Shown: one piece after another, positions 24,891 through 39,032 of the stretch
Numbering within the stretch: position 1 is the first letter of the stretch
How the letters are laid out: each line of letters begins with the position of its first letter
Source of the DNA: Eledone cirrhosa
Lineage: Eukaryota
DNA: 64,000 nucleotides
Assembly: GCA_964016885.1 (NCBI GenBank)
Contig: OZ024741.1
Span: forward strand, 125,178,001-125,242,000
Direction of reading: 5' to 3'
The notes under the pieces: generated by a model
Database searches by the model: none
Seen by the model: the letters and a program-made list of their open reading frames with translations, nothing else
Told to the model about the DNA's origin: nothing
Translations under genes and position numbers: made by a program

Positions 24891-26300
24891 TGGGTTGTAC
24901 CTGTCATCGAAGTCCATAAACTATCAGGCTGAATTTCTCCCACAATTACGTTGAGGATACATGTCTGTCGAATATTATTCACTTTCACGTTTGCAGCGTC
25001 CATCCCTTTTGAGCTTGGAACACAGTCTATTGCTAGAGAAGAAAAATAGAGAGCGGAAACATAGATTGAGCGAGAACGTATAAGAGAAGAATCGTCTCCT
25101 GTGTTGAACTGGTACTTTATTTATCGACCTCGATGAAAAGATGAAAGGCAAAGTTGGCATAGGCGAGATATGAACTCAGAGTACGTGGAGCAGGGACAAA
25201 TACCACAAACCATTTTATTCGACGTTCTAACGACTCTGCTACTTCGTTGCCTTTTGTTAGCTGACATAACATTTAAAAGAGTGCGCGGCTTGCACTTACG
25301 ATGTTCTATGGATCTGTCGAAACACTGTTTCCTTTTCTCTTTTAAACAATATATAAAATGCATTGATGTGAATTATTTACAACAAAAATTATCGTAAATT
25401 TATTTATAAATTATATTCTTTGTTCAACACTGATGTTTCTAGAATTAAAGCTACATATTTAGCATAACTGACCTAATTCGTTACTTCATGCCACTGTCTA
25501 TTAGCATTAATGGAAGAAAGTTTGTTTACTGTTTGAAATCATTTAATGGAACTAAGTATGTTTACGATGTTTAAATCATATTCAAAACACTTACTGCAAC
25601 AATCCACTAAGCATTTATAGTTGCACATTAATTTACAATAATTCTTTCCATTTTACAAGATAAGCAGGAAAGTTAATTGCACTTTTCACTATACATTTGA
25701 TGTAATCATTTAAGAAGTCACTGCAGTTTAAAATACCACTCCTTGTTTTTGTTTCAAAGACACGTAGAAACTTCATGTTAAAATTTCATGTTTACTCTAC
25801 TAAATAAATGTTTTCCTGCGGTGTGATCAAATAAAACACGAAACTTTGTTACATATATTTGTTGCTGTTATAAAATAGTCGTTTTCGTGTTACCTGATAA
25901 ATAAACAGAAATACATAGAATAACGTATAAGCATGCATTTAGAACATAGCATAATGCATGAATTCATAAACCAACACGTTTAGAAATTACAAAGGAAATC
26001 AACGAGAAAATTCAATAAGCTAAACGAGAAATAAGAACTGTGATATAAAATGTGTAGCGAGAACAAGTAGAGCTAGATAAAAGAAGAAATGAAATAAAGG
26101 GGAAATAAAATGACAAATATGACTTCAAACAGGGAAATGCAATTTTTTAGGTGTTGTGTTTGGGGACGGGAGGTAAATGAATCGCCATATGATGTTTAGA
26201 AATAGCAATGGTTCAAGCTATTTTTGTTGCTCATAAAGTGCAAGTCTATAGAAGCATGAATTGGTGAGCTTACCCATTGAATAGACATACACATGCATAG

Positions 26301-26400
<100 letters not shown>

Positions 26401-26559
26401 CTATGGCTGTTTATTGCCTTTCCAAAGCAACTCTTTCAATGTATTCCCCAGAAAATAATTCACACATCTACACTCAATATTACCCACCAAATACAGACCA
26501 CACTAGACATAAAGCAAAACCAACTAGGTTCTTCAAAACCATACCTAAATTCTCTCAAC

Positions 26560-26602
<43 letters not shown>

Positions 26603-26801
26603 TTTATCTATTTATTTAGTTTTTTAATCATACCCATACACACATACAAATATGTGTATGTATATGTGTATAAATATATTTATGAGTATGTATCTGCATA
26701 TATATATATATATATATATATACGTGTGTGTGTGTGTAAATATATGAGTGTATATCTATGTAAGCTTATATATATATGTGTGCGTGTGTTTGGGTGTGTA
26801 C

Positions 26802-26871
<70 letters not shown>

Positions 26872-26905
26872 ACATATATAAGATATTGCATTATTTAAAG
26901 TAAAT

Positions 26906-27098
26906 ATTTGTTTCTACTCTTGGCACAAGGCCAGTAAATGTCCCAGTGCAGTACTGGTCCTTTATTTTATCGAGCCCTTAAGGATAAAAGGAAAAGCTAA
27001 CCTCGGCGGGATTTGACCTCAGAACGTAAGGGGCCATAACTCTATGCTGCAAATCACGGTATCTGACGCTCTACTGTTACTGCCACACTACCGCCCTT
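26906..27098 (-). mobile_element. SINE family A
   Basis: Reverse complement of the family A pattern. Confidence 0.8.
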
Positions 27099-27398
27099 AT
27101 TTAAAGTAAATGATGAAGTATTTTATGATATCCCATACACACAAATATTACAATCTTCAAATATTATAATATACTACTGCCATGGGCCAGGTGGATGTAT
27201 CTGTGTGCATATAGATAGATAGAGAGTTTACAAGTGAAGGGCCCTAGGACCATTGTTCAATTTAGTACTGCATGCCTAAAGAAAGTAGAGTGTGGATCTT
27301 ATAATGTTATAAATATTCTCTCCCCTACGGGTAAGCTTTTACTGTATTTGGTATCGGGAATGTAATAGCATAACCGTAGGGCAGAGAATCCTTATAAA

Positions 27399-27454
<56 letters not shown>

Positions 27455-27455
27455 G

Positions 27456-27515
<60 letters not shown>

Positions 27516-27642
27516 AGCCGTTTTCCAAAAAATATATACACACTTCTAAATACACAACAGCATTCTAATAAATATTGCCTAGCCTGTACAAGTAATCAAA
27601 GTGTATATACATTTTGGGTGATAACCTGTATATAAATATATG

Positions 27643-27707
<65 letters not shown>

Positions 27708-28161
27708 CTGTGTGTCCGTGTGTATAATTTGTTTTATATATTTTTCAAACTTACTTAACTGTATAAACTGATACTTATCAAATCATGAGATATATTGTGG
27801 ATATTTTGCTATTCAAAGTATAACTTAGCTAAACGAATCTATAATATTGACATTGATAAAGTATCATATTCACCCTCAAGACATTGTTTCTGCCTGTCAC
27901 TTTTTCCATTCTACGATTTAGCTTCTTACGTAGAAATATTATAAAAATTGTGTCGCCTCAAACGTCATAAAAAGATATTTGTGCGATTTTCACTGTGCAA
28001 AAAATAAGTCATACTGAGAGATGTAACTCTCGCTTGTTTGAAGAGCATAACATATTTGACATTCATTGGTGTTTCTGTTGTTATTTCCGATTGAAAAGGT
28101 GCGTGTATCATATATATACTACATAAATGATATATGTGAGTGAGTGGATGTAGAAGTGTAT

Positions 28162-28259
<98 letters not shown>

Positions 28260-28279
28260 TGGATGTAGAAGTGTATATA

Positions 28280-28394
<115 letters not shown>

Positions 28395-28484
28395 ATATAT
28401 ATATATATGTATATGTATATATATATATACACATATATATATATATACACACATATATATATATATATACACACATATATATAT

Positions 28485-28534
<50 letters not shown>

Positions 28535-29065
28535 TTCTACATCCACTCACATATATCATTTATGTAGTATGACAGATGTTTTTTCATATTCTTCCTAAAC
28601 AGAGTTTTGTCATTACATTGACAGTTACAGTGTGTTACTTTCCGACATAGATTCATACTTACACTAACAATGACGTACATATTTAGCCATACATTCATTA
28701 TATAATTTGGAAAGACAAGTACATATATAAAAAGATACAGAGTTTTCTTATGTTTTGTTTTCTTTTTTTTTTCTTGCTTTTCATTTTCTTAACTCATTCT
28801 TGATTTTTGTTTCCTATCTTCAGCTTACGGAACATAGCATAGTTCGATTCAAAATATAACTTATTGCTCTCCTCATCGAATCCATACAGTTGGAAATATA
28901 TGGCGTCCTGGGCTCCTGGGCCATATCCCTATTCATTTCGATTGGAATGGAAATGGATATCTTTGAAGTCGAGACCTGCGAATCGCAATAGGTTTTAGGT
29001 ACACCTTCTTCTTCTCAGCATTCTCCCAGGTAGCACATTTATCATTCTTGATATATATATATGTA

Positions 29066-29159
<94 letters not shown>

Positions 29160-29264
29160 GTAATAATAATAAATTTGAAAACTAAAATCCAAAGAGGGCT
29201 CGATAAGGATAAATATATATATCAGATATATAAGAACCGTAGAGCAAATATTTAATATCTGTTA

Positions 29265-29350
<86 letters not shown>

Positions 29351-31050
29351 ATAGTGATTGAAATATATTCATACACATTTCAATGTACACTAAGACATTT
29401 CAGTGTAGTTTGTCTCTAGTTCTATGTCTTGATATGACTTAGTACACACTTAAGTGTGTATGAAAATATTTCAATCACTTTCTTATAATGATTAAGGCTC
29501 GATTTTATTCTCTGAATTCTATCTTGAGCTGTTTTTAGAGACAAGACATATGTTTGATTTTGTATCGTTCATGACCCCCTTTGCTTTCAAAGTATTAATA
29601 ATAATATGTCTGCTCCTTATGTGGTGAGCTGTTTATGTCGAGAGGTTGAACTGCTATTTCTAGCGAACGAGAACCCTCCATGTCGCTGCGAATGTTAAAA
29701 TTCATGTGTTGATACCATGTGCGTTTAGTCACTTTCAACCCTGTATTGAGTGAGATTAGATGATTTTGAAATTCCCTCACTAATGATCCCTTTCAAAATA
29801 TCTAATTTCGCCGTTATTTGGTGAAATGTATTCTCATTTTGGGGAGAATACATATGAGGGAAATATATTGATCGTTATCAGGTATTTTGTTTTAAATTCT
29901 TTATTAGATTTAATAAGATACACAACGACTTATGTAGTCTTACTTTCAGTGTAGTTTGTCTCTAGTTCTATGTCTGTGTATGATTATATTTCAATCACTT
30001 TCTTATATTGATTAAGGCTCGTTTTTATTCTCTGAATTCTATCTTGAGCTGTTTTTAGAGACAAGACATACGTTTGATTTTGTATCGTTCATGACCCCCT
30101 TTGCTTTCAAAGTAATAATAATAATATATATATATATATATACAGTTTAAAGGGCTTTGCAAATTGAGGATAGCGACCGCTAATTCAGCCGCGTGATCTG
30201 TAGCAACGAAAGAACTGACTAGTCAGAAAAAATATATAAACATACAATGTGTATGTATATATATATATATATATATGTGTGTATGTGTGTGTGTGTGTGT
30301 ATGTATGTGTATGTATTTTTTTCTCACTCGTCAGTTCTTTCACTGCTACAGATCACGTGGCTGAATTAGCGGTCGCTATCTTCAGTTTACAAAGCCATTT
30401 AAACTGTATGTTATTACTCTGTGGTCTATTCCTCGTCGAGTGTTTGGCTGCACTGCTGAAGGCATTCATTGGCTTAGCTGCTGCTCGAACTTCGAATATG
30501 CTGTACTTTTATTTGTATATATATATATATATTTATTAAAAGATTAAAGTTTAAGCAAAGAATGGCTGCTTTCACCCTTAACGGGATCTTCTGAAACTAA
30601 AAATATCAATCTGTGAACGCAGAAGTAAATATTTCGAAACACGTTGCAACCGAAGGAAGACAGGAAGACTATACTTTGGTTCGTGGAAACGTTCTCTGGC
30701 AAAAAACGGAAAAAACGAAAAATAATACGTCATAATTAGGAGCGGTGAAAACAATTACACGCAAAGACAAAACCACGTTTATGGTATAAATGAAGTCGTT
30801 TCCAAGAACCAAAGTATTGTCTTCCTGTCTTCCTTCGGTTGCAACGTTTTTCGAAATATTTACTTCTGCGTTCACAGATTGATATTTTTAGTTTCAGAAG
30901 ATCTCGTTAAGGGTGAAAGCAGCGATTCTTTGCTTAAACTTTAATCTGTTATTTTAATAAATATTTGCTCTGCGGTTCTTATATATTTGATATATATTTA
31001 TCCTTATCGAGCCCTCTTTGGATTTTAGTCTTCAAATTTATTATTATTAT
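29160..31050. repeat. Cluster of nested inverted and direct repeats resembling PLE pLTR footprints
   Basis: 29160-29252 is inverted to 30958-31050; 30540-30691 is inverted to 30797-30947; 30141-30231 is inverted to 30317-30408; 29398-29605 is a direct repeat of 29945-30125. Confidence 0.75.
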
Positions 31051-31055
31051 TATTG

Positions 31056-31396
31056 TTCTTTGAGTCTCAGTCATTGATGTTAGTTAACTGGAAAGTTTGT
31101 TGAAATAAATATCAAGCCACTACCTGCAGCCTCAGATATTCAGGACGTATCGGAGGGTTTTTGCTGTTCCCAGCAAGCATGCCTTTAGAAGGGTTCCAAA
31201 AAGCGTGGCGGGGCCAATTTTCTTTAACCATCCCTGGAAACATTTTGAGATAGTACCTAGTGCGCCTATGACAATCGGGACCACTTTGACTTCATGGCAG
31301 TTCCAAATCCTTTTTACCTCCCACTTTAAGTCCTAGTATCGATTAATTTTCTCCCTCTCCTTCTCTTGCACTCTCGTGTCGAATGGGCAGGCCACA

Positions 31397-31398
<2 letters not shown>
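31056..31398 (-). mobile_element. Dong/R4-clade LINE 3' fragment (copy 1)
   Basis: Near-identical to 31446-31788. Flanked by (ATT)n on both sides. Confidence 0.85.
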
Positions 31399-31434
<36 letters not shown>

Positions 31435-31445
31435 GTTGTTATTAC

Positions 31446-31996
31446 TCTTTGAGTCTCAGTCATTGATGTTAGTTAACTGGAAAGTTTGTTGAAATGAATA
31501 TCAAGCCACTACCTGCAGCCTCAGATATTCAGGACGTATCGGAGGGTTCTTGCTGTTCCCAGCAAGCATGCCTTTTGAAGCGTTCCAAAAAGCGTGAAGG
31601 GGCCAATTTTCTTTAACCATCCCTGGAAACTTTTTTGAGATAGTCCCTAGTGCGCCTATGACAATCGGGATCACTTTGACTTCATGGCAGTTCCAAATCC
31701 TTTTTACCTCCCACTTTAAGTCCTGGTATCGGTTAATTTTCTCCCTCTCCTTCTCTTGCACTCTCGTGTCGAATGGGCAGGCCACATCTACAATCAGGCA
31801 CGATCTTTTTTCTGTGTCCACAACCACCAGGTCAGGTCTATTGTGTTCCAGTTTCTTGTCCGTCTGTATCCTAAAATCCCACAGCACCTTCACCTGATCG
31901 TTTTCTATCACCGCCTCTGGCTTATGCTCATACCACTTCTCAGAATGTGGTAAATTGTTTACTTTGCATAGGTGCCAGTGGATCACCCTGCCCATC
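31446..31996 (-). mobile_element. Dong/R4-clade LINE 3' fragment (copy 2), restriction-like endonuclease domain
   Basis: IHWHLC..WYEHKPE..KVLWDFRIQTD..HNRPDLVV..IVDVACPFD..EKINRYQDL..IPIVIGALG. Flanked by (TAA)n, the known Dong target. Confidence 0.88.
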
Positions 31997-32039
<43 letters not shown>

Positions 32040-32252
32040 GAATGCTATGGTTGACGGAGGCTCGGCTCTGTAAGGTATTGTAAATTTTGACCGTTATAAC
32101 AATTGTAAATTGTTTAAAACTTTAACCAAATTGTAGACAAAAACACCCTCCTCCTCGTGAGAGGGGTCTTTCTGCCCGTTATTTGGCCCTTCGGGGTTAA
32201 ATAACCGCTTATTGGGGTTTTGTGCCCAATATTTATTTTAAACAAAAAAAAC

Positions 32253-32615
32253 ATGGCTACGAAAAAGAATTTTCATAGGTCACTCCCACTCATTCCGTCT
32301 TCTTCCTCCTCAATCGTCACTACAGCAGAGAGAAGATTGTCTCTCTCCCTCCCTTCTCTAAATGTGTCTCTCTCCCTCCCTTCTCTTTCGCAAGCGACGC
32401 CAGAAAAGAAAAATCACGTGAAAAGCGGGCAATATTTCTCCACGACGACAACGACGAAAAAGGTGTGCGGGAAATACGAAAACCCATTTCATTCGTCTGA
32501 CGTCAGGAATAATAGCAGTAGCAGCCGTAATAACAGCAGCAGCAGCAAGAGTGACAAGGAAATCAACAGTAGCAGCCGCAACAGCATCAGCAGCAGCATA
32601 AACAACAACAGCATT

Positions 32616-32649
<34 letters not shown>

Positions 32650-34379
32650 ACAACAACCACTGCAATAGCGGCGGCGGCAGTAGTCGTAGTACCTGCAGCA
32701 ACAACAAAAGTAACAGCAGCTCTGACGACGACAACAACAACAACAGCAGCAAAGAAAAACCAATCTCGTTTGCAGGTATCGCAAAGAACCTGGAAACCAT
32801 CCTCATAACAAATGAGGAATTAGAGGAAGCGAAGAAGATGGTGACAAAAACTGGACACCGAGCAATCTGCAAGGCAGCCGAAAAAGTTTTCGAAACCCAA
32901 CAGCACTGTACGATCACGTACCGTACAGTAAGTACAAAATCCCGTGGGGTTGAAAGAGCCACAGAGGCTCAAATACAAAAAGCCTTGGGGTCTGTGTGGC
33001 AGCGGAAAACGCACATCACCCGAGGCAAGAAATATGCCACCGTAGACGTACTTTTTTCCACACCCCAGGAAGCAAATGCTCAATCCTTAGTGACCCTAAG
33101 GAGCGAGGAAATGGTGTTGGTGCCCTCCTACTGCGGGCAAAAAATTGTGAGAGTCAAACTGACCCACGTCCCCCCCCCCCCCCCGGGATGGCCCCTTCTT
33201 GGCTGGCCGCGTCTGTCCTCGTCGGAATCGAGGACAAAACAACTGTACTGCAAGTACAGAAAAAAGTAAGAGAAGATTGGGTCGGCACCTCCATTGAGAT
33301 GTTAATCCAAACCAACCAGGAGTGCATCGAAGCTATCCCAGATGTGATAGACATCGATAATGGCACTCAACTGCCCATAAGTATTGAGGGCAAACGCCCG
33401 AAATGTTTTCGCTGTGGATCGAAGACTCACCTCAGGGCCTTCTGCAAAGAGAAGACCCTGAGAAAGGAGAAAACCCCCTCCTTCCGAAACCGGCTCTACG
33501 GTTACCAGCAACAGGACAAGTGGCAACCAGGAACGTTAGGTCCGTGGCACCCATACCCACGCCACGGAAATCAAAAACAGCATCAGCAGTGGAAGTATTA
33601 ACAACAACAACAGCAATAACAAATGCAGCTGCAACAGAGACTCCAGTGCAAACATCACCAACAACAACAAGTGAAAGAGTGGAGCTGGTACCCCTCCCCG
33701 ACCTCACAGAATCAGACATGGAGTGTGAGGTGGGAGAGGGATGGCAAGAAGGCACAAACGCAGAAGCAGTGCATCGTCGCCTTCGAAAAGGGAGGAAAGA
33801 AATGAAAAAAGGGTAAAGGCTACTGCAAAGAGACTCACAGCAGCAACACCACCAACACCATCACCACCCACACTAGCACTACCATCACCACCGGCGACAA
33901 CCCCACCGCCAACAACAACAACACCTTCAACACCACCACCACAAGCACCAACATCGCAAACACAACAACAAAACACACACACCCAGCAACAACGACAAGA
34001 AAATAGCAGAACCACACCCCACCCCCAGAAAAACAAATGCACGGCAATAAATACACACAACAAGAAACTAATGACTTACATAATTGAACACACAGACATT
34101 TCACAGCACGACTACATAATACCAGCACCAATCAAAACGCCAACGAACATAAGACTGCTAAAAATAGCACAGAAACAATACACAAACATTAAAACGAAAT
34201 TCCCCAACGCAGTTGGTGATTTCAGAGACCTAGGAAGGACCCTCAACCGAAGAGTATATTCGGACATACTCATAGAAGAGCCGACGACCAGCCGAAGGGA
34301 CGATTCAACGGTCCCTTCACCAGACGATCAAGTGAAAAGGGATGGAAAAACCATCCTTCGTCTACGAAAAGTACGGTAA
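32253..34379 (+). pseudogene. LINE ORF1 (gag-like, CCHC zinc knuckle), frameshifted
   Basis: Ser/Asn-rich N-terminus, SFAGIAK, CFRCGSKTHLRAFC (CX2CX4HX4C), Pro/Thr/Gln-rich C-terminus. Frameshifts at the poly-C (~33170-33184), ~33450 and ~33750. Confidence 0.8.
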
Positions 34380-34414
34380 GTGGTCTTTCCCATCTTTTCC
34401 ACTCTATTTTAAAC

Positions 34415-37400
34415 ATGACCTCACTCAGAATAGGCAGCATAAATGCGCGTGGCTTGGGGTCGTCATGGAAGCAGGGTCACCTGCTCAACGACCTCAGGTC
34501 ACTAATCATAGATGTAGTGGCCATCAGCGAGACCAGAATCTCCGAAGCATGGGCCTTCGCACCGATCTTCGGCGGCTACGATGTGTACGCATCTCCAAGC
34601 CGTCCTGGATCGGGGGGCGGAGTTGCTGTGCTTTTTCGGAGAGGTTTGGATCTCGCCATACGAACCATCTTCCTGGACCCAGAAGGTAAGTTGGTGGTGC
34701 TGGACGTGATCAGCGGAGACGGGAAAGCTTTCAGGCTAGTGGCCGTCTATTCCCCGACAGGAGCAGGGCGGCCTGATTTCTTCCGGCGTCTGGAGACCTT
34801 TCTTGAAACGTCCCGCTCTTTAGTGTTAGTGGGCGACTGGAACGAGATCTTAGATGCACGCTGGGACTGTGTGGGATTAGCGGATAGGGGTGGAGGGTGC
34901 AAGAGCCTCACCAACCTGCTCATGCGTTTTGAACTGTCTGACAGGTATCGATTGGATTTCCCGAATGTGCCAATGTGGACTTAGACAAATCACATAGGGT
35001 CATCCAGATCAAATCTAAATAGAGTATTTTGTAGGGAAATAGATAGGTCTAGCATAGGCTGTCCACAATTCAAGATAGTCAGCTACACGGACCACAAATT
35101 CGTGATCTGTGTGCTTGACTTACATAGGCTTCATAGACGAGGACCCGGCTACTGGAAGCTAAACGCGTCCTTAAGCAGCGCGCAAGGCCTACAGAGACCG
35201 GATTAGCGAACTAGTTAAGCGGGCGTTGACGGGGGCCATCGTCAACAACAAGTGGTGGTTTGCTCTGAAAAGAGCGATTAGAATAGAATCGATTAGGTTT
35301 AGTAAGGCTTTAGCAATAGAGAAAAATAGAGCAGAGGGAGAACTAGTTAGAAAATTAGACGAGGCGCTTAGCAAAGGCATTGCGACCGACGTGCTTGCGG
35401 CGAAATTGGCCCTTGACCAATTCTTCAATGCAAAGCACGAAGACTGCGTTGTCAGAGCTAAGGTGCGTGCTCTCAGACACGAGGGGACGAAAGCCATTCA
35501 ATGGGCCCGAGTGGCGGAGGCGCGTGGTGGCAACAAAGCCACGATCCGGTCTTTGGTGGACCACGACGGGCGCATGCTACTCGATCCCGGGCAAATGTGT
35601 GAAGCTTTTCAGCGACACTTCGCTCAGCTGTTCGGGAGTAGCGGTGGGCCGGATCAAGGGATGGACTTTAGTGTCTACCTCGACGGGCTGCCGTGGCTCT
35701 CGGCCACTGAGGCGGAGTGTTGCGAAAAGCCGAGAACAGCCGCTGAAGTAAGGGAGGCAATGACTGGCTGCACAAGGGGTAAATCGCCTGGTTTGGATGG
35801 TCTGCTCTATGAACTTTACGTACAGATGCCAAACTTGTTCGGAGGCCTCTTGGCGGACGTCTCCTGCAACTGGCAACAGAACGGGAGAATTCCCAGTTCT
35901 GTGAGCCGAGGAGCGGTGGCACTGCTGAGAAAGGATCCGAACAAGGGGGATAACATAGATAATTTCCGGCCCATAACTCTGCTAAACACAGAGTTCAAGA
36001 TTTTGGCCAAGGTGCTAGCAAAGAGGTTGGCGCTTGTCGTTGGTGGTCTGGTGGGAGAGGCGCAGACATGCGCCATTCACGACAGATCCATCCAAGACAA
36101 CCTCCACCTCATGCGATACATCGTAGAGGGGGTAGCTAGGGAACCTGGCACGGGTGGGTCCTTGATCAATTTAGATCTGTCGAAAGCTTTCAATAGGGTC
36201 GACCATCATTACCCAGCGGCAGTCCTGAGGGTGGCTGGCTTTGGGCTCGTCTTCAGAGGCTGGATCGCTGCCATGCACAGCGACATCTGCTCTGTGGTGA
36301 GAGTGAACGGTCACCTTTCGGAACCGTTCAACATCATGCGCTCAGTCCGCCAAGGATGTCCCCTCTCGTCCCTGTTGTACGTATTGACTCTCGAGCCATT
36401 ACTGCACAAACTGGAGACGTTGAGGGGCGTCCCGCGCGAACTAGGATGCGGAAGATCCGTGTCAGAATATGCGGACGATGTCACCGTAGTGGTGTCGAAC
36501 GCCAAACACATCGAGGCGATCGGCACTACACTAAGAGAATACGAAGCGGTGACAGGAGCAATGATCAACCAGGAAAAGTCAGTGGGCCTGCAGCTCGGCA
36601 CCTGGAGAGGCAGGTCCATGCCGTCCAACAGCGTCGTCGGACGCTGGACGGACGGACCGGTTAAATTGCTAGGGGTCTGGTTCGGTCCGGACCTCCAGAC
36701 GGACAAAAACTGGGATGAGGTGACGAGCAGGGTGGCTTCTCTCACCCAGAAATGGGCGGAGAAGCTATCCCTGAAAGGTCGAGCGGAGGTGGCTAACGCG
36801 TACATCGCGTCTGTCATCTGCTACCGCCTGACCGTCGTACCTTGTCCTAAGCCCCGCCTGACTGCGCTGGAGCGTTTGCTCTTTCGCTTTTTATGGAAGG
36901 GAACGCGCTCCGATGGTCAGGCAGTCCATCTGCTGTGAACACCCGCTACGTGGAGGGCTGGGAATGCCGTGGCTGATGATGCGCAGACACGCGCTCAGGC
37001 TACGACATCTCCACCTCTTCCTCGACGGTGATCAGGTGTGGTCGCCGTTTGCTAGACATGTATTTCCCCAGCTCGTTTCCTTAACGGAGCTGCAGTCCTG
37101 GGTCAAGCGAAGACCGAGAGGGAGCGCCTGGAGACTGGAATGTCTTCAGGCGCTCACAGCCCTCGACCAATCGGGCAATGTGATCGGTGGAAACTCCACC
37201 TCGGCGTTCTATAGAGGATTAGTGGAGGGGAAGAGCGACGACGCACTTGGGGAAACTCTAGGCGTCGACGAAAATCAACTAGCCAATCTCTTCGGAAGAA
37301 CTTTCGGGCCGGGACCTATGGACAATTTCCAGAAATCTCTGGCCTGGCAGTGCTACCGAGGAGCCTTGCCAGTTCGGGATAAACTCTACAGGCATGGAGG

Positions 37401-37831
37401 TGCCGTCAGCCGGGCATGTCCGAGATGCGCGCGGGGCGACGAAACCGTCCTGCACGCACTCGTAGTGTCCGAAAATTGCTGACTTGTGGGTTTATATCGA
37501 ACACCTGCTGTCGCGTGTAGGACGGATCCGGCTATCATCTGAGTCCATCGTGAGGATTGCCCCGCCCTCTTCCTTTAGCCGGGAAGGGCAGGCAGTTTTT
37601 ATGTGTCTGGTGGCCATGGCGAAAGAGATAGTATGGTGGGCACGTTTGAAAGGGCTGAAGACGAGTACTTACCTATTCGGTGATGCCCTCATTGACTTTT
37701 TCAAATTTCATTTGAAAAGGAGAATGAGAGTAGAGAGGGAAGTGCTCTCTTCCCAGCATTTTGTTGAAAGATGGGTGAGAGAAGCAAGAATGGCCCGAGT
37801 GAATGGGCCTACTCTGAGTACGTATCTGTAA
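34415..37831 (+). pseudogene. LINE ORF2 (APE endonuclease plus RT plus C-terminal zinc finger)
   Basis: SINARG, ISET, VYSP, GDWN, DHK; SPGLDG, NFRPITLLNTEFKILAK, DLSKAFNRV, QGCPLS, YADD; CPRCARGDETVLHAL. A stop at ~34982 and frameshifts at ~35190, ~36900 and ~37465. Confidence 0.92.
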
Positions 37832-38117
37832 ATTAAAGGTGGAAAACTGGGAGATGGCACTTGCCTTGGTGGTCAGGGTCACTGTGGCCTTTTACTGGGC
37901 TTTCTCCACAACTGTCCCTCCGAAGTCTCCCCCCTATTGGGGAATTTTTCATTGTTATTTTTTGTTACATCCTCTGTTTTTGTTTTTTACACGCAGAAAT
38001 GCCCATTTGTACCGTCCTGTATTGTCCTGAACTCTCCTTAATGTCTACTTTATATAAACACTTGTGGTTAATAAAGAAATCATTATTATTATTATTATTA
38101 TTATTAATATTATATAT

Positions 38118-38550
38118 CTTAGTCTTAGGTTCTTCTGAGCCTTTCAACGCATCGAGCAGTAAGTAGGCGCCAACAGTCACAATCGGCGGCTGCTTTTTCG
38201 CGTCTGTGCCAAATGATGTTGGCTGCCATCAGGTCTTTTCAGAACGTTCATCGCTAGGTGAAAACTGGGGCAAACCCACTTCCGTTTGCCGCCAGGTGGA
38301 GTCCAATTCATCGGTGTTTTCTAGCGTCGTTCGTTGGACAGGTGAAGAATAAGGCCAGCCAGGCGGCCCCGGCGTTCCGTGACCAACCTCTGCAGCGTCT
38401 GCGACTTGGCTCTCCGCAGGATTTCCTCGTGTTGCACTCGGTGGTGCCAGGACACGCAAAGGATCCTTCGCAGGCACCGCTGGTGGAATGCGTTCAGCCG
38501 TCTCTCTGACTTTGTCGTGCTCTTCCAGGTTTTGCTGGAACTCGGAACGG
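38118..38550 (-). mobile_element. RTE-clade LINE 3' fragment
   Basis: TWKSTTKSERRLNAFHQRCLRRILCVSWHHRVQHEEILRRA..LVTERRGRLAGLIL, with a short CTAAGA repeat tail. Confidence 0.8.
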
Positions 38551-38565
38551 TTATATATATATATA

Positions 38566-38647
<82 letters not shown>

Positions 38648-38959
38648 AGAGAGAAAGAGAGTGAGAGAGGTCTGCATTATCCAATGTTTTCTTCCTATTG
38701 TATTAAGACACTGGGTGTAATTTTAGAGAAATGTGGGTGCTATTTCTTACACTAAAGTAGATTACATAAGATTTTATTACTGCACTGCCTGGAGCATCAA
38801 TAATTATGTAATTGCATTATATATTTTCCTGTGGAGAAAGATAATAAACCTTTATATATTAGACGGTTCACCAGTTGCTCAATCATTTATCTTCTTGGAC
38901 AGAAAATATAATCAAAACTCTATACTTTTTTATACATTTATATATATATATATATATAC

Positions 38960-39032
<73 letters not shown>

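Larger units (their letters stand above)
32040..38081 (+). mobile_element. Full-length (~6 kb) Tx1/L1-type LINE, frameshifted, flanked by (ATT)n
   Basis: 5' UTR, ORF1, ORF2 and a 3' UTR ending AATAAAGAAATC. (ATT)n lies at 31998-32039 and 38082-38105. Confidence 0.9.

Noticed and set aside
28790-29035. Protein-like island (minus strand ..GYGPGAQDAIYFQLYGFDEESNKLYFESNYAMFRKLK..) beside a polypyrimidine-AG
   Set aside because: All plus-strand frames stop soon after the AG, the minus-strand frame has an internal stop, and I recognise no family.
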